Shown: positions 19,835 through 30,019 of the stretch, one piece after another
Layout of the letters: each line of letters opens with the position of its first letter
Numbering within the stretch: position 1 is the first letter of the stretch
Source: Bacteroidales bacterium
GTDB lineage: Bacteria; Bacteroidota; Bacteroidia; Bacteroidales; CAIWKO01
Assembly (NCBI GenBank): GCA_035389045.1
Contig: DAOORA010000043.1
Coordinates: 1 to 37,172 of the forward strand
Reading direction: 5' to 3'
Length of the DNA stretch: 37,172 nucleotides
Position numbers and translations under genes: made by a program
The notes under the pieces: generated by a model
What the model was told of the DNA's origin: nothing
Seen by the model: only the letters and a program-made list of their open reading frames with translations
Database searches by the model: none

Positions 19835-20108
19835 ATATGACTGCTTGAATTTTTTTATAAAACAAAAATAAATCAAATAAGGAAAAGATAAAGACGTATA
19901 TAGTGATTGCAATATCACCCTAATATAATTACAACTGCTGCTCACAAAATGAAGCAACTCAGCACAGCACTTGTATTACTAAAAACTGTGCTTTTTCGCT
20001 TCTTATATACTGAATCTAAGGTTTTCTTTGTTCAAAAACCTATTTTCTTGCAAACACTACTTATATTTGTCCGTTTTTCCAATAAAAATATTTAATAAAC
20101 CTATCTGT

Positions 20109-22010
20109 ATGAAAAAGAAAATTACCAATAAAGAACGTTTTCATTACGCATTCGACAAAACCATGTCGAAAGGAACGCCTGCCCTGATCATGTGGCTGGC
20201 CATACTGTCCGTATTACTGGTTCTGATCATTGCTGCTGTCATAGTGATTGCCGGTATTACGCCCGAAGGAGAAGAAAAGCTGGGCTTTGTTGAAAGCGCA
20301 TGGAGAAGCCTTATGCGCACACTTGATGCAGGCACCATGGGGGGGGATAATGGTTGGGGGTTCAGAATATTGATGCTGGTAGTTACCATAGGCGGTATTT
20401 TCATTGTGTCGACCCTCATCGGCGTTTTATCCAGCGGCATTGAATCCAAACTTGATGAACTTCGCAAGGGAAGAAGTTTTGTTATAGAAAAGAATCATAC
20501 CCTGATACTTGGATGGTCACCAAAAATCTTTACCATCATCTCAGAACTGGTCACTGCCAATGATAACCAGAAAAAGCCGCGCATCGTAGTGCTTGCTGAC
20601 AAAGACAAGGTGGAAATGGAGGATGAAATACGTGAAAAATCAGGAGATCTGAAAAACACCAGGGTCATTTGCCGCAGCGGAATACCCAATGATATCGGTG
20701 ATCTGGAAATAGTAAATCCCCATGAATCCAAAAGTATTATCATACTTGCCCCGGAAAGCGAAGATGCAGACTCTCAAACGATTAAAACGATCCTTGCTGT
20801 CACCAACAATCCGAACCGCAGGCCGGAACCGTATCACATTGTAGCAGAGATCAAAGAAGAACGATTCATTGATCCCGCCATGATCGTAGGAAAAGATGAA
20901 GTAGAACTGCTGCTGACCGACGATCTGATTTCGCGTATCATGGTACAAACCTGCAGGCAATCCGGTCTCAGTGTGGTTTATAGCGACATCATGGGTTTCG
21001 AGGGTTCTGAGATTTATTTTAATGAAGAACAGTACCTGACGGGCAAAACCTATGGTGAATCACATCTTTGGTACGAAGACAGCGCCGTTGTCGGTATGAA
21101 GACAGCCGGTGGAAAAGTGATGGTCAATCCTCCGGCCGAAACCGTCTTCAGCAAAGGCGATCAGGTAATGGCGATTACCGAAGACGACGACACGCTGGTC
21201 ATTGCCAGACAAAAAGGAATTGCCGACCTCACGAAAATAAAAAACCTTCAGCCTGAAGAACAGGGAACTGAAAAAACACTGATCCTCGGCTGGAACCACA
21301 GAGGTAAAGCGATCATCCGCGAAATGAACAATTATGCAAAAGAAAACTCGGAAATTCTTATTGTTGCATCCGGTAATGATGATGTGGAACCATTTATCAC
21401 TGAAGCCCGTTCTCTTTATCAAAATGTCACCCTGAAGTTCAAAGAGGCGGACACCACCGACAGAAATATCCTGGAGTCGTTGGATCCGGAAACCTTCCAC
21501 CACATCATTGTGCTGTCCTATATAGATGAAATGGACGCCCAGAGAGCCGATGCCCGTACCTTACTCACACTGCTGCAATTAAGACACCTTTCGGAAGAAA
21601 AAAACAGCGATCTCAGCATTGTCAGCGAAATGATGGACTTGCGCAACCGTGAACTGGCGCAAGTGACAAAAGCCGATGATTTTATTGTCAGTGACAAACT
21701 TATTAGTATGTTGCTGGCTCAGATTTCAGAAAATAAATCTTTGATGAAGGTGTATAACGATCTGTTTCAGGAAGAAGGTTCCGAAATCTATCTTAAACCG
21801 GCTTCCAATTATATTGAAACCGGAGTGCCGGTAAACTTTTACACCGTTGCAGCGTCAGCAGCCCGAAAAAACGAATCGGCTTTTGGTTATCGCCTAATTG
21901 CCGATGAGTTCAACCCTGCAAAAAATTATGGGGTGAAAATTAATCCCCACAAATCGGATTTGGTAACGTTTACCGAAGGCGACAGTATAATCGTCATGGC
22001 AGAAAACTGA
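20109..22010 (+). CDS. CASTOR/POLLUX-related putative cation channel with two RCK domains
   Basis: TM-pore-TM (WRSLMRTLDAGTMGGD), LRKGRSFVIEKNHTLILGWS, MGFEGSEIYF, EEGSEIYLKP. ATG 20109; TATATTTG at 20062-20069. Confidence 0.88.
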   Translation: MKKKITNKERFHYAFDKTMSKGTPALIMWLAILSVLLVLIIAAVIVIAGITPEGEEKLGFVESAWRSLMRTLDAGTMGGDNGWGFRILMLVVTIGGIFIVSTLIGVLSSGIESKLDELRKGRSFVIEKNHTLILGWSPKIFTIISELVTANDNQKKPRIVVLADKDKVEMEDEIREKSGDLKNTRVICRSGIPNDIGDLEIVNPHESKSIIILAPESEDADSQTIKTILAVTNNPNRRPEPYHIVAEIKEERFIDPAMIVGKDEVELLLTDDLISRIMVQTCRQSGLSVVYSDIMGFEGSEIYFNEEQYLTGKTYGESHLWYEDSAVVGMKTAGGKVMVNPPAETVFSKGDQVMAITEDDDTLVIARQKGIADLTKIKNLQPEEQGTEKTLILGWNHRGKAIIREMNNYAKENSEILIVASGNDDVEPFITEARSLYQNVTLKFKEADTTDRNILESLDPETFHHIIVLSYIDEMDAQRADARTLLTLLQLRHLSEEKNSDLSIVSEMMDLRNRELAQVTKADDFIVSDKLISMLLAQISENKSLMKVYNDLFQEEGSEIYLKPASNYIETGVPVNFYTVAASAARKNESAFGYRLIADEFNPAKNYGVKINPHKSDLVTFTEGDSIIVMAEN

Positions 22011-22070
22011 TACACACCGCCACTATTGCATACTATATACTGAACAGCACTTTACGGTACTAACAACTGC

Positions 22071-22886
22071 TTACTTTACCGTCATGGAGTCGCTGATGAC
22101 ATGGCATGCCGCGAAAAAGCCGAGTGCATCGTTAGAGATGTTGGTCGGGACATCGGCAGGCGCTGATTCGAACAGGCCTCCTTTCCAGCAGGTTTCGGTT
22201 ATCATCGCCCTGATAAACTCCACATGTTCTTCATTCAGCGAATATTTGCGCTCAATGATCTTTGTACCTTTCGGGAAGTAAATTTTCTCCATTTCAGGGG
22301 CAAACACCTGACTGACATCAATAGTAGGCAGGCTGAAATAATAAAGATGTGCTTTACAGCTGTCCGGAGGCAGTCCTGCATAGCCAGGTACATGCGACCA
22401 GTCGAGCAGAATTTCATACATGGCCGGATGAACCGCATTATATGGATTTGCAACCCAGGTGATACGGTAAAGATTATCATTGGCATTTTTCACATAACGA
22501 AGCAAGGTTAACGGAGTATTAGGCCTCATGATGGTCTTCGCAGAATATACAACACCATCAACGGTCACGAGTAAAGTATACCGGGTACCCGGCTTAGCCG
22601 AAAAACTGTTTTTGGTGGTGTAAACACCCGCATGTCCGGGTTGCTCCATGAGAAACCAGGACGAATCGGCATCGCTGATGATAACACCCGCACCGGAAAC
22701 AGCATCGGGCGGTAAATTTAAAGCATTCACGGTGCGCGTCAAACGTATGCTATGTGCTTTTATTTCATTGGTAATCATGCCATCAACCACAAGACGCGAT
22801 GAATCCATACCCTGAATGGGCCATTCGGTCTTTTTTTCACACGACAAACAGGTCAACAGGAATAAATATGGGAGTATTTTTTTCAT
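22071..22886 (-). CDS. DUF4249-family lipoprotein partner of the TonB receptor
   Basis: Lipobox CLSC-EK, LVVDGMITN, PTNISNDALGFF; ATG overlaps the receptor stop codon. Confidence 0.8.
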   Translation of the reverse strand: MKKILPYLFLLTCLSCEKKTEWPIQGMDSSRLVVDGMITNEIKAHSIRLTRTVNALNLPPDAVSGAGVIISDADSSWFLMEQPGHAGVYTTKNSFSAKPGTRYTLLVTVDGVVYSAKTIMRPNTPLTLLRYVKNANDNLYRITWVANPYNAVHPAMYEILLDWSHVPGYAGLPPDSCKAHLYYFSLPTIDVSQVFAPEMEKIYFPKGTKIIERKYSLNEEHVEFIRAMITETCWKGGLFESAPADVPTNISNDALGFFAACHVISDSMTVK

Positions 22887-25543
22887 CAGAAACGGAATTT
22901 ATAATTTATCGAAGGAATTATTCCTGCGACAGAAATGGTGGTCGGCACCAGCTCGTAACCCTTGCTGTTGTCGGCAGGCACCACAAAATTTCCATTATCG
23001 TCTATTTTATTAAATGTCACCGTGAACGGGTTTTTCCTTGCATAAGCATTATAAAAAGAGAGTATTAGGCTATGCTGGTACTTCCGGAATGCTTTGTTTA
23101 AACGTAAGCCGATGGAGATATCCAGGCGGTGATAATCCGGAAGACGGGCGTTATTTTTTTCCCCGTAAACAGGCACAGTATATCCATTGTAATAATAAAA
23201 TGCTACCGGAGTAGTAACAGGATTGCCAGTAAGATACATCCAGTTGGCTGAAAAGAACCAGCGTTTTTCAGTATCATATGATAAATTAATATATATATTA
23301 TGCGGGCTGTCATAATTCGCAGGGAATTCTTTATCATTGTTTATACCTGAAATTTTTTTAAAGGCCCGTGAATATGTATATCCTATCCACCCGGTGAGTT
23401 TCCCCGCAGGTTTACGAAGTACCAGTTCCGCACCGAAAGACCGGCCTTTACCAAAACGTAATTCACCTTCAATCAATGGATTAAAAAGCATGTTGGCATG
23501 GTCTTTATAATCGATCGCATGGTGAAACCACTTGTAAAATCCTTCTACAGATAACAAAACCCCTGACCCAAAAAGGTTCTGAAAAAAACCAAGTCCCACC
23601 AGGTCGGTTTGCTGAGGCTTTATATTCGGGCCACAGGGCGCCCATACTTCGAGTGATGTGAAAGGCCCTGCGGAGTTTGTAAGAACCTGCATAAACTGGC
23701 TGGTCCTTGAATAGCTTAGTTTAATGGCCGTTTTCTTTGTAATATTATATTGCAAACTGAACCTCGGCTCAGGAGCAAAATAAGTGGAATAGGTACTGCC
23801 CTTTGCAATTACAGTTGTATCAAACACTTCATATAAGGGATCGAATGAATAAAGTGTGGTAGGACCAATATCCTGCCATACAGATAAACGAATGCCATAA
23901 TTCAGAAAGAACTTCTCCCCTGCCTGTTGCTCGTTACCCGCGTATAGATCATATTCCAGTGAGGAATATTCAGGAATAACCGGAGCGTGCTCCTGCATCT
24001 CAGTATTCGTAAAATTCACGTTTCCGGGGTTGGAAGTCCGGTAACTTATGGCCAGTCCCGAACGGATCGTATTTGCCGGATTAAGAAAATAAGAAAAATC
24101 TGTTTTAAAGGTAAGATCGGTGATGGCCGATTTCCAGAAATTCTTCTCTTCACGCGACAAAAATAAAAAATAATTGTACCGGCTGTAATAAGCAGTAGTA
24201 TTTGAAAACAGTCGGTTGTTAAAGATATGATTCCACCGCAATGTGGACAACAGATTGTTCCAGGTAATGCCGAAAGTATTCACAACCGATTCGTTTATGC
24301 GGCTGTATACGTCCTGACCCCCATAAAATGAAAGAAAAAAACGGTTATTATCATTTGCCTTGAAGTTGATTTTGGCATTCACATCAAAGAAACTCATTTT
24401 CATGGTCTTATTTGCTTTCAACAACAGCGGTATCCATGCCAGTGTTGACTTTCTGCCGGAAACATAAAAGGAACATCTGTCTTTTTTGATCGGCGCTTCT
24501 ATGGAAAGATAGGAAGTATAAGGCCCGAGGCTTCCAGAAAAACCGAATTTCTTCATGTTGCCTTCCTTTATCTTGACATCAACCACAGAAGAAAGCCGCC
24601 CCCCGTAACGGGCAGGAAAATCTCCCTTGTAAATCTCAGCATCATTGATAGCTTCCGGTGCAAGGGCTGAAAAAAAACCGAACAGGTGCGACGGGTTATA
24701 GATTGGCGCCTCATCAACCAAGATCAGGTTCTGATCGCTGTTTCCGCCACGGACATAAAACAATGCCGAACCGTCGCCATAGGTTTTTATCCCGGGTATG
24801 GCCTGCAAAGTCTTAATGAGGTCGAAATCGCCTGCAAAATTGGGAAGATGGGTCAGCTCACCGGGAGAAAGCCGGATGATGCTGACTTTTGCAGGTTGAA
24901 TGATCTCGTCGGCTGATTCGGATTTTATTTCTACAGCCCTGATCTCAGTCCTGGCAGCAGCCATTTCCTTCGATAATACCATATCATTACTGAGTTCCAC
25001 AGGGTTTTCAATGGTCTTGTATCCAAGAAACAAATACACGATAATATAATCACCCTCAGGCAGTGTAAGTGAATAAAACCCGTAAGCATTGGTAGCAGTC
25101 CCCAGGTTAGTGCCTTTGGCATAAACGTATGCCCCAATAAGCACCTCGCCCGTAGCCGTATCTCTCAGGTAACCACTGACGGTGAATTTCTGTTTTTCTA
25201 CGGACGTCATAACCGGTAGTGGTTCATTGGTTTTATTCAATGGTTTCAGAATTACCTGATTTTCAATAACTGAATATACCACATCATTTTTTTTCAGCAG
25301 CTCGTCGAGTATGCTGCGAACACTGGCATTACGTGCTTTTACACTTACATGTTTTCCGACCGGAATGGTCTGAGAACTGTAAGAAAAGTTTATTTGTGCA
25401 AGATTTCCTATCATCTCAATGACATCTCCAAGCGGTTTGTTCTTTGCTTTTAAGGAAATTTTCCGGTCAAGATTCTGACCGGAGGAGGCAGACCCCAACA
25501 ACACAAGTAAAAGAAATACAAAAAAATGTTTAAATTTTTGCAT
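22886..25543 (-). CDS. TonB-dependent receptor with N-terminal STN-like and carboxypeptidase-regulatory-like domains
   Basis: TVSGYLRD..TGEVLIGA, TNAYGFYSL, plug YVRGGNSDQNLIL, YGGRLSSV, terminal YKFRF. ATG 25543 preferred. Confidence 0.93.
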   Translation of the reverse strand: MQKFKHFFVFLLLVLLGSASSGQNLDRKISLKAKNKPLGDVIEMIGNLAQINFSYSSQTIPVGKHVSVKARNASVRSILDELLKKNDVVYSVIENQVILKPLNKTNEPLPVMTSVEKQKFTVSGYLRDTATGEVLIGAYVYAKGTNLGTATNAYGFYSLTLPEGDYIIVYLFLGYKTIENPVELSNDMVLSKEMAAARTEIRAVEIKSESADEIIQPAKVSIIRLSPGELTHLPNFAGDFDLIKTLQAIPGIKTYGDGSALFYVRGGNSDQNLILVDEAPIYNPSHLFGFFSALAPEAINDAEIYKGDFPARYGGRLSSVVDVKIKEGNMKKFGFSGSLGPYTSYLSIEAPIKKDRCSFYVSGRKSTLAWIPLLLKANKTMKMSFFDVNAKINFKANDNNRFFLSFYGGQDVYSRINESVVNTFGITWNNLLSTLRWNHIFNNRLFSNTTAYYSRYNYFLFLSREEKNFWKSAITDLTFKTDFSYFLNPANTIRSGLAISYRTSNPGNVNFTNTEMQEHAPVIPEYSSLEYDLYAGNEQQAGEKFFLNYGIRLSVWQDIGPTTLYSFDPLYEVFDTTVIAKGSTYSTYFAPEPRFSLQYNITKKTAIKLSYSRTSQFMQVLTNSAGPFTSLEVWAPCGPNIKPQQTDLVGLGFFQNLFGSGVLLSVEGFYKWFHHAIDYKDHANMLFNPLIEGELRFGKGRSFGAELVLRKPAGKLTGWIGYTYSRAFKKISGINNDKEFPANYDSPHNIYINLSYDTEKRWFFSANWMYLTGNPVTTPVAFYYYNGYTVPVYGEKNNARLPDYHRLDISIGLRLNKAFRKYQHSLILSFYNAYARKNPFTVTFNKIDDNGNFVVPADNSKGYELVPTTISVAGIIPSINYKFRF

Positions 25544-25692
25544 GTACAAGTTTACAAAAAATATCAATACATTTTTGTTTTCATTTCATAGCAAAAAGCC
25601 ATTTTTCAATGATTTTGTTATCATCAGCTAAGTCATAAGAAATGAAGAAAACCGGGCTTCAGAATTTCTGATTATTTTCGGCGAAGCATAAA

Positions 25693-26709
25693 TTATTTAC
25701 AACCTTTACCGGTAATGACAAGGGTTTTGCCCTTCCCCGTAACCGTGACATCAAGTGTGGCTTTAATAACATTCAGCACTGCATCCAGCGTCTGATTCTC
25801 AAAAGTGGCTGTCATCCTGCAGTTTCCGGTATGCTCACCTTCAATCCTGATATCCGAATGGTATATTTTATTCAGTCTGAGTATGATATTACTCAGGGGC
25901 TGATCGTCGAATTCCAACTTTCCGGAAACAGTGGGTAACATTGTTTCCGGTACAATTTCTTCCGGGCCGGATTTACTCAACACAATATTTTCTCCTGCAT
26001 GAAGGATGATCCGGCTTTCCGGATTTTCTGAATAAAATACCGCAACACTGCCCGAGGTCACTTTTACTTCCACATGATTGCCGGCAGCATTGGTGTTAAC
26101 ATAAAAAACGGTACCCAGCACTTCAACCTGTACAGTTCCGGCATCAACCAGGAAGGGTTGTGATTCATCATGAACCACTTCAAAGCTGGCTTCACCTTCA
26201 AGTTTCACTTTACGTTTCGTATCTTTGAATTTCGAAGGATAACTCAAAGTGGCGCCTGTCGTTAAGGTCACTTTGGTTCCATCAGGCAGTGCTTCCTTTA
26301 TAGTTTCACCGGTGGCAGTCAGAACCTCTTCGGTGACTCTGTTCAGGTGGTAATAAAGAAAATAACCTCCAATAGCCAGTAATACAAATATCGCAGCATA
26401 TTGCAGAACACGTACCAGCCATAGTTTTCGGCCCATACGCTGAGGTTTTAAAGTGTAGATATCCTGTTCGGGCTGCCCGGCATAAGACACAGAAGCTTTA
26501 AATTTCATCCATTCATCGTCAACATCGACAACAGTTTCAACCGCCTTGCTCTGAAACAGCTGAAAAACCTCATTGATCTCATCAAACTCCTTACGGTTGT
26601 TCTCATTTTTTCCGATCCAGTCAGAAATCTCGTTTATTTCGTCATGTCGTACCTCGCCCGAAAAGTATTTGTGTATAAGTTCTGAATAATATGTCTGGTT
26701 TGTTTCCAT
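25693..26709 (-). CDS. FecR family anti-sigma/sensor
   Basis: One TM; LPDGTKVTL, R.VKLEGEASFEV, VEVLGT.F.V; C-terminal DUF4974-like region. ATG 26709. Confidence 0.93.
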   Translation of the reverse strand: METNQTYYSELIHKYFSGEVRHDEINEISDWIGKNENNRKEFDEINEVFQLFQSKAVETVVDVDDEWMKFKASVSYAGQPEQDIYTLKPQRMGRKLWLVRVLQYAAIFVLLAIGGYFLYYHLNRVTEEVLTATGETIKEALPDGTKVTLTTGATLSYPSKFKDTKRKVKLEGEASFEVVHDESQPFLVDAGTVQVEVLGTVFYVNTNAAGNHVEVKVTSGSVAVFYSENPESRIILHAGENIVLSKSGPEEIVPETMLPTVSGKLEFDDQPLSNIILRLNKIYHSDIRIEGEHTGNCRMTATFENQTLDAVLNVIKATLDVTVTGKGKTLVITGKGCK

Positions 26710-26725
26710 TTTATTTATCACATTA

Positions 26726-26752
26726 TATACACATCAACTTTAGTTTACCCTG
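26726..26752 (-). promoter_or_regulatory. Putative ECF sigma promoter CAGGGTAAA-N11-GTGTATA
   Basis: Lies in the short sigma-fecR gap; repeated at 19808-19834. Confidence 0.65.
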
Positions 26753-26762
26753 TCCCACTTAA

Positions 26763-27323
26763 TTATTTTTTCAAAATATACAAGATCAGCAATAGCAGCA
26801 TAATAAAATCGTGCAGCCGTATCCTCATGTGCTGCAACGCTTTAGACATCTGCGCTTCAACAGTTTTAATTGATATCTGCAGTTTATTTGCTATTTCCTG
26901 ATATTTCATTTGACCGAAACGGTTCATGATAAAAATCTCCCTGCATTTTTCAGGCAGTTCGGCCACCGCAGTGTCAATAGCCCTGCTTATTTCATCCGCC
27001 ACGACAAAATCAGAAGTTTCAGCATATGATTCAGTAAACAAATGCTCGGCAATCAGCAGATCCTTCTTAAATTTTTTGTTGTCGCGGAGGTAATTCAGGC
27101 ATCTGTTGTACACCGAGGTTCCGAGGTACGATTTCACCGATTTTTCCGGATCAATTGTTGAACGCTTCTCCCACAAAAGGACAAATACTTCCTGCACAAT
27201 TTCCCGTGCGGCTTCCAAATCTTTTACATAGCGCTGGGCAAAAAAACACAATCCTTTGAAATGCGCGCGGAAGAGCTTTTCAAAGGCGGCTTCGGATAAT
27301 ATTTGAGCGCCGGTATTTTCCAA
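26763..27323 (-). CDS. ECF RNA polymerase sigma-70 factor
   Basis: AREIVQEVF..LW, LPEKCREIF, YQEIA..L.ISIKTVEAQMSKAL. TTG start; TATTTTTG -7 box at 27352-27345. Confidence 0.93.
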   Translation of the reverse strand: MENTGAQILSEAAFEKLFRAHFKGLCFFAQRYVKDLEAAREIVQEVFVLLWEKRSTIDPEKSVKSYLGTSVYNRCLNYLRDNKKFKKDLLIAEHLFTESYAETSDFVVADEISRAIDTAVAELPEKCREIFIMNRFGQMKYQEIANKLQISIKTVEAQMSKALQHMRIRLHDFIMLLLLILYILKK

Positions 27324-27526
27324 TCGAAAAAATATTTACTACAACAAAAATACACATTGAAAAGGTTTTTCCCTAATTGAAAACACTGAAAATATAATAC
27401 ACGATAATGAATTTTCCATCCGGTACCGGAAAAGCATGGTGAAAAAGTTTCAGATAAGGTTGTACCTAATACAAACATCAATAGTCCTGTTGGCTGTGTT
27501 TGAGTCTAAAAATCGGGAGAGGATAA

Positions 27527-27685
27527 AGAAACTGTTTTGATTTTATGTTACATAAGATTTATGATGGATTTTTTAGCGAAACGAGGCAGATTTTGCAGAC
27601 ATAATTTATCCTATGTCGAAAAATCTAACGATTTGCAGCAAAAAGACGCATAAAGATATGAAAAGATAAAATCAAAACAATTTCT
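27527..27685. mobile_element. MITE-like palindromic element (159 bp)
   Basis: 20-bp terminal inverted repeats match 19/20 (AGAAAYTGTTTTGATTTTAT); imperfect pairing continues to central GACATA/TATGTC; second copy at 37118. Confidence 0.8.
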
Positions 27686-27711
27686 AAGTTTGCAAACTCC
27701 TATTGAATAAC

Positions 27712-27742
27712 AAAAAAGGCACGAAATCAATCCGTGCCTTTT
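27712..27742 (-). terminator. Rho-independent terminator of the M3 peptidase
   Basis: AAAAGGCACG/CGTGCCTTTT stem with A and T tracts on both sides. Confidence 0.8.
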
Positions 27743-27764
27743 ATTTATATAATAATTAACAGAG

Positions 27765-29879
27765 TTATTTCTGGTTTAATCCTCTGCGTTTCAGCAAAGG
27801 CTCAATGGTAGGATCCTGCCCGCGGAATTTGCGGTACTGGTCCATACCTTCGCCATCTCCGGATTCCTGCAGACAGTGTTTGCGAAATTTTGCAGCAAGG
27901 TCTTTATTGAAAATATCACCCGACTGTTTGAACGCTTCATAGGCATCGGCCACCAGCACTTCGGCCCACAGATAAACATAATATCCGGCAGCATATCCTC
28001 CGCCCCAGATGTGCGAAAAATAGGTAGAACGGTAACGTGGCAGGATTTCAGGTATCAGGCTGATCTTATCCATGGCTGACTTTTCAAATTCTTTGATATT
28101 CAGGTCCTTCGGCTCAGTCAGGTTGTGATAATCCATGTCAAGGATAGCTGCAGCCAGCAACTCGGTCATAACAAATCCCTGGTTGAATTTAGAACTGTTC
28201 TGTATCTTTTCTATCAGTTTATCAGGTATCACTTCACCTGTCTTGTAATGTTTGGCATAATACTTCAACACTTCTGATTCGCTGGCGTAGCTTTCCATAA
28301 ACTGAGAGGGCAGTTCCACATAGTCGCGGGGAACACTTCCTGCAGTGCGGTTGTATTTACCTTCCGTAAATAAAGCATGCAGGCCATGGCCAAATTCGTG
28401 GAAGATGGTTTCCACTTCATCCCAGGTAAGCAATGACGGAGTGTCACCGGTGGGTTTGGTAAAGTTACACACGATAGAAACTATCGGGTCAACTTTTTTC
28501 CCGTCGCGCCATCCGGCCGATTCGAAGCCGCCGCACCAGGCGCCGCCGCGTTTGGAATCACGCGGGAAATAATCGAAATATATTATACCCAGATGTTTGC
28601 CATCGGCTTCTTTTACTTGATATGTTTCAACATCCTTAAAATAAACAGGAAGGTTGGTCAACTTATCGAATGTTATTCCATAGAGTTTATTGGCAACATG
28701 AAAAATACCGTTCTTGACATTGTCGAGACTGAAATAGGGTTTCATTTCATTTTCATCGAGGTCGTATTTTTCTTTACGGACTTTTTCAGCATAATACCAC
28801 CAATCCCAGGGCGCCAGTTTGAATTTACCGCCTTCTTTGTCAATTATTTTTTGCATTTCGGCTAATTCATTTTTAGCCATGGCCAGTGAAGGCGCCCATA
28901 ATTTTGCCAGAAATTCATCAACAGCCTCCGGAGTCTTTGCCATGTTATCATCAATGATATAAGCTGCGTAGCTTTTAAAACCGAGCAATTTGGCTTTCTG
29001 AACGCGGAGTTTAGCCATTTTGGCGATCACTTCATTATTATCGTTGGCATTGCCGTTATCACCTTTCATAAAGTAACCACGGTAGAGCTTTTCGCGCAGG
29101 TCGCGGTTTTTGGCATAAGTGAGGAAGGGTAGCATACTGGGTTTGTCAATCGTAAATACCCATTTTCCTTCAAGGTTCTGTGCTTTGGCAGCTTCGGCGG
29201 CTGCATCCACAGAGCCCTGAGGCAGCCCTTCCAGATCTTCTTTTTTATCCACCACCATCTTGAAATTTTTGTTTTCGGCCAGCAGGTTTTCACCAAATTT
29301 GGTGGAAAGAACCGAAAGCTCTTCATTAACCTTCTTCAGCTCATCCTGTTTATCTTTGGGCAAGTTGGCACCAAGACGTTCAAAATCACGGTAGTGTTTT
29401 TCCACTGCCCTGATCTGCTGATCATCAAGATTCATTTCTTTGCGCTTCTCATATACGGTTTTGATGCGCTGAAACAATCCTGCATTCATATATATTTCGT
29501 CATTATGCTTGGATAACTCAGGACTGATCTTACGTTCTATGGCCTGAATCTGTTCGTTGGTAGTGGATTCGGTAAGGTTAAAAAACACATTGGCAACCTT
29601 GATCAGCAACAGGCCTGATTTGTCAAAAGGCAGGATGGTGTTTTCAAAAGTGGGCGCTTCCTTATTGCTTACGATCTTCTCTATTTCTTCATTCTGTTGT
29701 TTCATACCTTCAGTAAATGCAGGCATAAAATGCGTCGTATCAATTTTTTCAAAAGGAGGCACCTTAAAGGGTGTTGTATAATCCGAGAAAAATGGATTAT
29801 CACTGTTTTTTTTGCCATTGTTGCAGGCAAAGAAACTAACGGTGGCACAAGCCATTAACATAATAATGATTTTTTTCAT
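27765..29879 (-). CDS. dcp: M3 family metallopeptidase (peptidyl-dipeptidase Dcp-like), lipoprotein
   Basis: MKKIII..FFAC lipobox, KRGGAW, FHEFGHGLH, DYVELPSQ, YAAGYY.YLWAE. ATG 29879; -7 box TACTTTTG at 29912-29905. Confidence 0.92.
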   Translation of the reverse strand: MKKIIIMLMACATVSFFACNNGKKNSDNPFFSDYTTPFKVPPFEKIDTTHFMPAFTEGMKQQNEEIEKIVSNKEAPTFENTILPFDKSGLLLIKVANVFFNLTESTTNEQIQAIERKISPELSKHNDEIYMNAGLFQRIKTVYEKRKEMNLDDQQIRAVEKHYRDFERLGANLPKDKQDELKKVNEELSVLSTKFGENLLAENKNFKMVVDKKEDLEGLPQGSVDAAAEAAKAQNLEGKWVFTIDKPSMLPFLTYAKNRDLREKLYRGYFMKGDNGNANDNNEVIAKMAKLRVQKAKLLGFKSYAAYIIDDNMAKTPEAVDEFLAKLWAPSLAMAKNELAEMQKIIDKEGGKFKLAPWDWWYYAEKVRKEKYDLDENEMKPYFSLDNVKNGIFHVANKLYGITFDKLTNLPVYFKDVETYQVKEADGKHLGIIYFDYFPRDSKRGGAWCGGFESAGWRDGKKVDPIVSIVCNFTKPTGDTPSLLTWDEVETIFHEFGHGLHALFTEGKYNRTAGSVPRDYVELPSQFMESYASESEVLKYYAKHYKTGEVIPDKLIEKIQNSSKFNQGFVMTELLAAAILDMDYHNLTEPKDLNIKEFEKSAMDKISLIPEILPRYRSTYFSHIWGGGYAAGYYVYLWAEVLVADAYEAFKQSGDIFNKDLAAKFRKHCLQESGDGEGMDQYRKFRGQDPTIEPLLKRRGLNQK

Positions 29880-30019
29880 TTTAAATTTGTTTTCAATTAT
29901 GGTCCAAAAGTACAAAATAGTTTGCATAATCGGTTGTTGAATATACTGAAGTATTTTTATTTTTGACTTACAGGTCGAAAAACAAAATAATTTGTGAATT
30001 TTGCAACAAAGCGAAATAA

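Noticed and set aside
20028..20108. N-terminal extension of the channel gene
   Set aside because: Contains the promoter box; ATG 20109 is more plausible.
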